NCBI RefSeq assembly: GCF_035084215.1
Contig: NW_027139653.1
Location: 1-64,000 of the forward strand
Direction of reading: 5' to 3'
Length of the DNA: 64,000 nucleotides
Source of the DNA: Heptranchias perlo
Taxonomy: Eukaryota
A program made the translations under genes and the position numbers. Below are positions 55,065 to 64,000 of this stretch, piece after piece. The notes beneath the pieces are model-generated. The model was not told the DNA's origin. It saw only the letters and a program-made list of their open reading frames with translations, and made no database searches. The stretch's first letter is position 1. The number at the start of each line of letters is the position of its first letter.

Positions 55065-55605
55065 AGTTCAGAAGGTTGTGGGTTCAAGACCCACTCCAGA
55101 GACTGGAGCACAAAATCTCGGCTGGCACTCCCAGTGCAGCACTGAGGGAGGGGCAGCACTGAGGGAGGGGCAGCACTGAGGGAGGGGCAGCACTGTGGGA
55201 GGGGCAGCACTGAGGGAGGGGCAGCACTGTGGCAGGGGCAGCACTGAGGGAGGGGCAGCACTGAGGGAGGGGCAGCACTGAGGGAGTGCAGCACTGAGGG
55301 AGGGGCAGCACTGTGGGAGGGGCTGCACTGAGGGAGGGGCAGCACTGAGGGAGGGGCAGCACTGAGGGAGGGGCAGCACTGAGGGAGGGGCAGCACTGTG
55401 GGAGGGGCAGCACTGTGGGAGGGGATTACTGAGGGAGGGGCAGCACTGAGGGAGTGCAGCACTGAGGGAGGGGCAGCACTGTGGGAGGGGCAGCACTGAG
55501 GGAGGAGCAGCACTGTGGGAGGGGCAGCACTGAGGGAGGGGCAGCACTGAGGGAGGGGCAGCACTGAGGGAGGGGCAGCACTGAGGGAGGGGCAGCACTG
55601 AGGGA
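55065..55605 (+). mobile_element. Second SINE (tRNA-like head) head-to-head with the previous one, ending in an 18-bp minisatellite (55134-55605, about 26 copies)
   Basis: TCAGAAGGTTGTGGGTTCAAGACCCACTCCAGAGA with a B-box-like GGTTCAAGACC, then (GCAGCACTGAGGGAGGGG)n. Confidence 0.75.
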
Positions 55606-56057
55606 TTTGATGTGAGCACCTTGAACGTTGGAATGAAATCATCGCTGCCACTTGTTTCTCCTCTTCTAAAGCTGCGTTGCCAGGGTTACTAACAAACAGA
55701 TGAAATCAGGACAGGCGGGTCCATCAAGCCTGTCCTGTCTTGGCACGGTGAAACAACACACACACACACACCATCAGCACCCTCTCCCTCCCACAGTCAC
55801 ACAATCTCCTGGGAGAGGCCAAAGAAAGAGGATGAAACTGAGGCCAAGTTAGGAAAGCAAACACTCTGGGAGATTCCTCTGCGACCCCCCCCCCAGGGAA
55901 TCGAGGAAGGTGCAGGAGACCACAGTGTCTGATATCACTGGTCCCCATTAACCCCACACACCTCCTATAACTCGAGATACTTTCTATTGGTCGCCAGTCC
56001 CCTTTCCAACACTTGCAGTCCACACACACACACTGTGCATGCAGGCAACTTGTTCAT

Positions 56058-57345
56058 CGAATCACAGAAAGGTGACAGCACGGAAGGAGGCCATTCGGCC
56101 CATCGAGTCCGTGCTGGTTCTATGCAAGAGCAATCCAGCTAGTCCCTCTCCCCTGCCCTATCCCTGTAGCCCTGCAAATTTTTTCCTTTCATTACTTATC
56201 CAGTTCCCTTTTGAAGTCCACGATTGAATCTGCCTCCACCACCCCCTCGGGCCGTGCATTCCAGATCCTAACCACTCGCTGTGTAAAAAAGTTTTTCCTC
56301 AAGTCACCTTTGGTTCTTTTGCCAATCACCTTAAATCTATGACCTCTGGTTTTTAACCCTTCCGTCAATGGGAATAGTTTCTTCATGATTTTGAACACCT
56401 CTATCAAATCCCCTCGCAACCGTCTCTGTTCCAAGGAGAACAACCCCAGCTTCTCCAGTCTATCCACATAACTAAAGTCCCTCATCCCTGGAATCATTCT
56501 GGTAAATCTATTCTGCACCCTCTCTAAGGCCTTCACATCCTTCCTAAAGTGCGGTGCCCAGAACTGGACACAATACTCCAGTTGTGGCCGAACCAGTGTT
56601 TTATAAAGGTTCATCATGACTTCCATACTTTTGTACTCTATGCCTCTTTTTAAAAAGCCCAGGATCCAGGATGCTTTTTTAACCGCTTTCTCAACCTGCC
56701 CTGCTACCTTGAATGATTTGTGCACATATACCCCCAGATCTCTCTGTTCCTGTACCCTTTTAGAATTGTGCCCTCCAGTACCTCTTCTATATCAATTTTT
56801 AGCCCATCCAGTATCTTAACTATATCTTCCTTTACTGAGACTCTGGCAGCATCTTCTTCCTTGGTAAAAACAGATGCAAATTACTCATTTAGTACCTTGG
56901 CCATCTCCTCTGCCTCCATGAGGAGATCTCCTTTATGGTCCCTAATCGGCCCCACCCCTCCTCTTACTACCCGTTTACTGTTTATATGCCTGCAGAAGAC
57001 TTTTGGATTCCCTTTTATGTTGACCGTCAGTCTATTCTCAGACTCTCTCTTTGCCCCTCTTATTTCCTTTTTCACTTCCCCTCTGAACTTTCTATATTCT
57101 GCCTGGTTCTCACTTTTATTATCAACCTGATATCTGTCATATGCCCCTTTTTTCTGTTTCATCTTACTCTCTATCTCTTTTGTCATCCAGGGAGCTCTGG
57201 CTTTAGTTGCCCGACCTTTCTCCCTCGTGGAGACTGTACCCGAACCATCTCCTCCTTAAAGGCCGCCCACTGTTCAATTACAGTTTTGCCTGACAATCTT
57301 TGATTCCGATTTACCCGGGACCAGATCTGTTCTCATCCCACTGAA
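56058..57345 (-). mobile_element. CR1 LINE fragment with most of RT deleted (junction near 56770)
   Basis: C-terminal LVRPQLEYCVQFWAPH block joined to the EN-RT linker block (NIKGNPKVF..GPIRD). Confidence 0.9.
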
Positions 57346-57446
57346 ATTCCAGAGATCGATGACTCTCTGTGACAATCTAACCTATTGCTAAGGTTAAAGT
57401 CCAAGACAGCAGGACATAAATGGAACCTCAACGTAACACAGCTGCT

Positions 57447-57758
57447 TAGGAGCATCGAAAGAGGAAGAGGCCATTCAGCCCCTCGAGCCTGCTCCACCAT
57501 TCATTTATATCATGGCTAATCTGCACCGTAACTCCATTTTCCAGCCTTTGCTTCCTATCCATCGATACCCTAACCGAACAAAAATTTAACAATCTCAGTC
57601 TTGAAAGCTCCAATGGGTCCCCAGCATCCCACAGCCTTTTGGGGGAGAGAGTTCCTGATTCCCACTCCCCTTTGTGTGATAAAGTGCTTCCTGATTTCAC
57701 TCCTAAATGGCCTGGCTCTAAATCTAAGATCTTGATTCCCCCACCTGAGGAAATAGTC
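57447..57758 (-). mobile_element. CR1 3' UTR fragment
   Basis: GGCCATTCAGCCCCTCGAGCCTG..CACTCCCCTTTGTGTG..GAGGAAATAG, same family as 19320-19765. Confidence 0.8.
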
Positions 57759-57759
57759 C

Positions 57760-57960
57760 CTCTGGAATTCCCTCCCTAAACCTCTCCACCTCTCTCTCCT
57801 CCTTTAAGATGCTCCTTCAAACCTACCTCTTTGTCCAAGCTTTTGGTCACCTGTCCTAATATCTCCTTATGTGGCTCGGTGTCAAATTTTGTTTGTCAAG
57901 TGCCTTGTGATGTTTTACTCCGTGAAAGGCGCTATATAAATGCAAGTTGTTGTTGTTGTA
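57760..57960 (+). mobile_element. L2-type 3' end with (TTG)n tail just upstream of the alpha2 exon
   Basis: CTCTGGAATTCCCTCCCTAAACCTCTC..GGCGCTATATAAATGCAAGTTGTTGTTGTTG; reverse-complement match to 17733-17970. Confidence 0.85.
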
Positions 57961-58014
57961 TGTACCCGATCGAACCCTTTTCACATTTTCAATTGACTTG
58001 AGTTGTTTCTCCAG

Positions 58015-58290
58015 GTGTTTTCTTTGTCCAGGGAATGTGTGGCTGCGAACTGAACAGCGACAACTCCACGGAGGGGTTTATAAAGTTTGGATATGACGGG
58101 GAGGACGCGTATGTTTTTGACAAGGACAGATTGAGTTGGATTGCGGTGAATCCAGAGTTCCAGACTTTAGCAGACCGGTGGAATGCGAACACCTTCATGA
58201 ACAAATACTTCAAGACCCTGTTGGAAAAGGACTGTGTGAAGTGGCTGCTGATATACCTTCGGGCTGGGCGAGAAGCACTACAGAGGAAAG
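58015..58290 (+). CDS. MHC class I heavy chain (nonclassical), alpha2 domain exon
   Basis: TTTCTCCAG acceptor, AAAG|GTACCT donor, 276 nt, phase 1/1; VQGMCGCEL..FGYDGED..FD..W..RWN..LEKDCVKWL..YL..G..L with the C101-C164 pair. Confidence 0.97.
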
Positions 58291-58639
58291 GTACCTCGAG
58301 CGAGCCGGAACTGGAGGTGCCGTACAGGCAAAGTTTATATTCCCAGTCTGTCCTGAGCCAGCTGTTCCCGGACAGGGTAGCAGTGAGGGGTGCTGCACCT
58401 GGCCTCAGTACCCCTTGGGGTGGGTGGGGTGGGGATGGGGGAGATAATCGGGCAGGTGACCTAAATCCGATGACCTACTCAGTCTCCCCGGCTGGAAAGC
58501 CCGTGCGTGTTGACATCGGGTGAGGACGGGGTTCAACTAAATTGTAATACCCCCATGGTTGAATAGCTTCCTGGTCCTCACTGTGAAGGCTCACTCGTGA
58601 ACACTGGGTGCTTGTGTGCGTTACTGGAACGTGACCCGT

Positions 58640-58942
58640 TACATGGAATTTACAACACAGAAACAGGCCATTCGGCCCAACAGGTCTATGCCAGTGTTAT
58701 TGCTGCACCCTCCCTACTTCATCTCCCCCGATCAGCATATCCTTCTATTCCTTTCTCCCTCATGTGTTTATCCAGCTTCCCCTTAAAGGCATCTGTGCTA
58801 TTCGCCTCAACTACTCCTTGTGAGAGCGAGCTCCACATTCAAACCACTCTCTGCGTTTCTCCTGAATTCCCCATTGGATTTATTAGTGACTCTCTTATAT
58901 TTATGGCCCCTCGTTCAGGCCTCTGCCACAAGTGGAAACATC
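58640..58942 (-). mobile_element. CR1 3' fragment split by the Harbinger-like insertion; continues at about 60601-60670
   Basis: ..AAGTGGAAACATC and ATCTTCCCTACGTCTATCCTATCAAACC.. rejoin as contiguous CR1 sequence. Confidence 0.75.
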
Positions 58943-60600
58943 GGGGGAAAAATTTGGATGTGGCCGTTTTTGGGCGGGGGCAGCGTGATGTGCTTTACCC
59001 CGTGTCCAATGGTCCCGGCGCAGGCAGGATGCAAGTTTCGACCCACCCGAGGACCGACCTGCGATCAGCGTTCCATCCCAGGCCTTGCACCTGGAATCAA
59101 TGCAATTCACACTTTCCACCACCAGAGGGAGGGCAATCTCTTAAAGGGAGGATGTTTGTCAGAAATCTCTTAAAGGTAGCTGGTACCTGTTATTTGCTGA
59201 AAATAACAGTCTGCACGGAGTCTGAACGGAGATCAGACATCACACACGTAAAACACGATGCAGGTCCCATCCCTATGTTTACACACTGATGAGTTATGTT
59301 AAAACATTGAATAAAGGTTGCACACTACTAAATCCCACATCCTCCAATCTGCACACCAGACCTCACCAATCTGCCGATCTGAGTTGGTACCAGGCCTGTG
59401 AGAGTGCATGCACCAGGGTTCTCTGCTGATGCACTAGAGGCCTTGGTGCAAGAGGTGGACAGAAGGAGGGACATCCTATATCCACAGTTGGTGGGGGGAG
59501 GGGGGCAAGAGGCCCTCCAGACAGATATCCAAAAGGCAGTGGGAGGCAGCGGGGGACGAAGTCAATCCCAGGCTCACAGCATCATGAACATGGATGTATT
59601 GCAGGAAGAAGTTCAATGCTTTGACATGAGTGGTCAAGGTGAGTGAGGTCAACTGTCAGGTGTTGTCTCCAACCAACTGCTCCACACACTACACCCCCAT
59701 CACCCACATACCAACAAACTCTTTCCATCAGTACTCAACTCTTCCCATCAGATGCTTCCTCTCACCCTTACACATTACCACTGTTTCAAGCCGCCCACCC
59801 ACAACTCACAGGCCACACACACTGGCAGCTATTCAACCATGACAGGAACATCACCCAGACACAGGAGAAGGTGGCGCATATCAAGAGGCAGCAAGTGGCA
59901 GTGACATTTAGCCCCTCGAGCCTGTTCCACCATTCAATGAGATCATGGTGGACCTGTGACCTAACTCCATATACCCACCTTAGCCCCATATCCCTTAATA
60001 CCCTTGGTTCACAGAAATCGATCAATCTCAGATTTAACATTCACAAGTGAGCTCGCATCAACCGCCGTCTGTAGAAGAACGTTCCAAACATCTCCCACCC
60101 TTTGTGTGAAGAAGCATTTCCTAACTTCACACCTGCACATCCTGGCTCTAAATGTTAGGCTATATCCCCGTGTCCTAGTATTCAAATGTAGGAGACCTCC
60201 GAAAACAGTTATGAATGTTTCGGCAGCCAGAAACAATAATCCAGCCACGAACCTGTAAATCCTGCGTGGTCCCTTTAAATAGAGCCGGTGGGGGGTCCTC
60301 CAGGAACTGTAAGACACGTTCAGATGGTCGGGGTTAAGATTGTGCGTTGAGTTGAGCGTTAAGTCCCGAAATGGTGTCTGTCACTTTAAATCAGCGTTGC
60401 ACACTGACTGAAGCCATTTTCTCCCTACTTTACATGATTCCAGTGTTCGTTATCTGCGCCTGCACTAACTCCTATACCAAGATGGCGTCTGGCGCACGTC
60501 ACGCTGGAAATGTGCGTGCGCATCCAAGACGTCATCTTGGATGTCGGAGAGGCCGTCTAGCACCGAAACAACGGGCGCTACACGGCCCTATTTAGCGCCC
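58943..60600 (+). mobile_element. PIF/Harbinger-like DNA transposon derivative with decayed Myb/SANT-like gene
   Basis: 3-bp direct repeat ATC on both sides; imperfect termini (GGGGGAAAAATTTGG versus reverse complement GGGCGCTAAATAGGG); APGFSADALEALVQEVDRRRDILY at about 59400-59490 resembles Myb/SANT-like trihelix proteins; donor AAG|GTGAGT at 59639. Confidence 0.7.
59905..60180 (-). mobile_element. CR1 3' fragment nested in the Harbinger-like element
   Basis: RTRGYSL..FFTQRVGDVWN..KSEIDRFL. Confidence 0.85.
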
Positions 60601-60811
60601 ATCTTCCCTACGTCTATCCTATCAAACCCTTTCATAATCTTAACGACCTCTATCAGGTGACCCCTCAGCTGAACTCCGGTGAACTCCAGCTGTCTCTCAG
60701 CATCAGTCATCTGCCTTCAGGCCGAGAAAATTGATGGTGGTGGGCGGGGAAGAAATGAAGGCAAAAGAAGAGAACTTGTCACCGATTGTACTCTTTGTTT
60801 AAATCTCTCAG

Positions 60812-61084
60812 TCGCCCCTGAGGTGTTTATTGGGAAGAGGAGTGACGGGGACAGAGTGCTAAGGGTCTCCTGCCTTGTGTCGGGGTTCTACCCCTGGGCC
60901 ATCGAGGTGACTTGGTTGGGGAATGGCGAGGAGATCGCTGACATTGAATCCAGTGACGTGCTGCCCAACCAGGATATGACCTATCGGGTACTGAAAACGA
61001 TCGAGCTGAGTGGAGACAACAGGAAGAGCTACTCCTGTCATATCGAGCACGCCAGCCTCCTGCGGGGGATCAACGTACCCTGGG
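60812..61084 (+). CDS. MHC class I heavy chain, alpha3 (Ig C1) domain exon
   Basis: CTCTCAG acceptor, TGGG|GTGAGT donor, 273 nt, phase 1/1; APEV..SCLVSGFYP..IEVTW..VLPNQDMTY..YSCHIEHASL..W. Confidence 0.97.
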
Positions 61085-61299
61085 GTGAGTGGCAAATCGG
61101 GGGGGGGGGCTCAGGGTCTTTCCCTGTGTCTCGGGGGGGCCGCGAGGTACTTCCTGCGCCTCTGGGTCCTTCCCCGATTCTCGGGAGGGCCGCAGAGTTT
61201 TTCACCGTGTCTTTGGTGGTGGGGGGGCAGAGTTTTTCCCCGTGTCTTGCAGGGGCCGCAGGGTCCTTCCCCGTGTCTTGGGGGGGGGCCGCAAGGTCC

Positions 61300-63652
61300 T
61301 TCCCGGGCCTCTGGGTCATTCCCCGTGCCTCTGGGTCCTTTCCCGTGCCTCTGGGTCCTTTCCCGTGTCTCCGCATCCTTCCCTGTCCCTCTGGGTCCTT
61401 CCCGGTGTCTCAGGGTCATTCCCCGTGCCTCTGGGTCCTTCCCCATGCCTCTGGGTCCTTTCCCGTGCCTCTGGGTCCTTTCCCGTGTCTCCGCATCCTT
61501 CCCTGTCCCTCTGGGTCCTTCCCGGTGTCTCAGGGTCATTCCCCGTGCCTCTGGGTCCTTCCCCATGCCTCTGGGTCCTTCCCCGTGCCTCTGGGTCCTT
61601 CCCCGTGCCTCTGGGTCCTTCCCGGTGTCTCGGGGTCCTTCCCCATGTCTCGGGGTCCTTCCCGGTGTCTCGGGGTCCTTCCCCATGTCTCGGGGTCCTT
61701 CCCGGTGTCTCGGGGTCCTTCCCGGTGTCTCGGGGTCCTTCCCGGTGTCTCGGGGTCATTCCCGTGTCTCGGGGTCCTTCCCCGTGCCTCTGCGACCTTC
61801 CCCGTGCCTCTGGGTCCTTCCCCGTGTCTCAGGGTCCTTCCCCGGTCCTTCCCCGTGCCTCTGGGTCCTTCCCCGTGCCTCTGGGTCCTTCCCCGTGTCT
61901 CAGGATCCTTCCCCGGTCCTTCCCCGTGCCTCTGGGTCCTTCCCCATGTCTCGGGGTCCTTCCCCGTGCCTCCGGGTCCTTCCCCGTGCCTCGGGGTCCT
62001 TCCCGGTGTCTCGGGGTCATTCCTGTGTCTTGGGGTCATTCCCCGTGTCTCAGGGTCCTTCCCTGTGCCTCTGTGTCCTTCCCCGTGCCTCTGTGTCATA
62101 TCCCGTGCCTCTGGATCATTCCCTGTGCCTCTGGGTCCTTCCCCGTGCCTCTGGGTCCTTCCCCGTGCCTCTGGGTCCTTCCCCATGCCTCTGGGTCCTT
62201 CCCCGTGTCTCTGGGTCCTTCCCCGTGCCTCTGTGTCCTTCCCCATGTCTCGGGGTCCTTCCCGGTGTCTCGGGGTCCTTCCCGGTGTCTCGGGGTCCTT
62301 CCCGGTGTCTCGGGGTCATTCCTGTGTCTTGGGGTCATTCCCCGTGTCTCAGGGTCCTTCCCCGGTCCTTCCCTGTGCCTCTGGGTCCTTCCCCGTGCCT
62401 CTGTGTCCTTCCCCGTGCCTCTGTGTCATATCCCGTGCCTCTGCGTCCTTCCCCGTGCCTCTGCGTCCTTCCCCGTGCCTCTGCGTCCTTCCCCGTGCCT
62501 CTGCGTCCTTCCCCGTGCCTCTGCGTCCTTCCCCGTGCCTCTGGGTCCTTCCCCGTGCCTCTGGGTCCTTCCCCGTGCCTCTGGGTCCTTCCCCGTGCCT
62601 CTGGGTCCTTCCCGGTGTCTCGGGGTCCTTCCCCGTGTCTCGGGGTCCTTCCCGGTGTCTCGGGGTCCTTCCCGGTGTCTCGGGGTCATTCCCGTGTCTC
62701 GGGGTCCTTCCCCGTGCCTCTGGGTCCTTCCCGGTGTCTCGGGGTCCTTCCCCATGTCTCGGGGTCCTTCCCGGTGTCTCGGGGTCCTTCCCGGTGTCTC
62801 GGGGTCCTTCCCGGTGTCTCGGGGTCATTCCCGTGTCTCGGGGTCCTTCCCCGTGCCTCTGCGACCTTCCCTGTGCCTCTGGGTCCTTCCCCGTGTCTCA
62901 GGGTCCTTCCCCGGTCCTTCCCCGTGCCTCCGGGTCCTTCCCCGTGCCTCGGGGTCCTTCCCCGTGCCTCTGTGTCCTTCCCTGTGCCTCTGGGTCCTTC
63001 CCGTGCCTCTGCGTCCTTCCCTGTGCCTCTGGGTCATTCCCCGTGCCTCTGTGTCCTTCCTCGTGCCTCTGGGTCCTTCCCTGTGCCTCTGGGTCCTTCC
63101 CCGTGCCTCAGGGTCCTTCCCTGTGCCTCTGGGTCCTTCCCTGTGTCTCTGTGTCCTTCCCCGTGCCTCGGGGTCCTTCCCTGTGCCTCTGGGTCCTTCC
63201 CTGTGTCTCTGTGTCCTTCCCCGTGCCTCTGGGTCCTTCCCTGTGCCTCTGGGTCCTTCCCCATTTCTCTGGATCCTCCCTTGTGACTCTAGGTCATTCC
63301 CTGTGTCTCTGGGTACTTCCCTGTGCCTCTGGGTCCTTCCCTGTGCCTATGTGTCCTTCCCTGTGCCTCGGGGTCCTTCCCTGTGTCTCTGTGTCCTTCC
63401 CTGTGCCTCGGGGTCCTTCCCTGTGTCTCTGGGTCCTTCCCTGTGCCTCGGGGTCCTTCCCTGTGTCTCTGGGTCCTTCCCCGTGTCTCGGGGTCCTTCC
63501 CTGTGCCTCTGGGTCATTCCCCGTGCCTCAGGGTTCTTCCCCGTGCCTCTGGATCATTCCCCGTGCCTCTGGGTCATTCCCCGTGCCTCTGGGTCATTCC
63601 CCGTGCCTCTGGGTCATTCCCCGTGCCTCTGGGTCCTTCCCCGTGTCTCAGG
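61300..63652. repeat. 20-bp minisatellite (about 115 copies) in the intron after alpha3
   Basis: Unit CCCCGTGCCTCTGGGTCCTT and variants; degenerate precursors from about 61110. Confidence 0.97.
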
Positions 63653-64000
63653 CTCTTCACTCAGTCTATTCGGAGCAGGAAACCCCGAGTTCACTGATCT
63701 CACCTGTGGAGGCCGGAGGTTTTGCTGCAGTTTCCTTGGGTGTTAAAGGGACCAGACAACGTCGACCATGACAAGCTGTTTCACCTCGTCCAGCACAGGT
63801 AGAACCAGAGGACACGGCCTGTGTGTGAAAGGGGGAGGGGATAAATTCAAAACTAATCTATGGAAACTGGGGGTCATTTAAACCTAAGCTGTGGGGAAAC
63901 TGACGAGATCGGGTGTAACGCTGGTTTTACTCCCCGCCCCGATTTTACTCCCCATTAAAGTCAGTGGGCAGTAATATTGGGCATTCCCACCTGGTGAGTT

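Noticed and set aside
53442-55651. Mucin-like or Cys-rich repeat ORFs
   Set aside because: SINE-derived 33-bp and 18-bp arrays inside an intron.
52889-61084. Classical UAA, class II or W-category assignment, or a specific lineage symbol
   Set aside because: Three extracellular domain exons indicate class I, loss of peptide anchors argues against classical, and lineage needs a phylogeny, so no symbol is given.
60679-63771. 1030-aa ORF as a single Ig-plus-repeat protein
   Set aside because: Only 60812-61084 is Ig C1 and it is bounded by canonical splice sites; the remainder is 20-bp minisatellite open in all three frames.

Overview
Repeat-rich eukaryotic DNA, most likely from a cartilaginous fish (inferred from the CR1/L2 LINE and Deu-domain SINE content and the class I sequence). 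The one recognisable host gene is a + strand MHC class I heavy-chain gene. Its alpha1 (52889-53149), alpha2 (58015-58290) and alpha3 (60812-61084) exons are intact, phase 1 and GT-AG bounded; no transmembrane or cytoplasmic exon is seen, so it probably continues past the window. The predicted protein lacks most classical peptide-anchoring residues and has a strongly hydrophobic groove, so it is nonclassical and possibly binds lipid. The main structural observation is that the apparent signal-peptide exon (MLLVTLLNVYCVPNVSS, phase 1) lies inside a five-copy tandem segmental duplication (about 19.1-45.4 kb). This gives three identical intact leader cassettes (21365, 28352, 42099) and two disabled by deletion, all upstream of one gene body. 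The middle three copies carry the same dead 3.6-kb CR1 LINE. The rest of the window is minisatellite (25, 57, 33, 18 and 20 bp units), LINE/SINE fragments, a nested Harbinger-like element, a candidate 51-nt exon of an unknown upstream gene and a 237-bp assembly gap. All calls are by eye; no searches were run.
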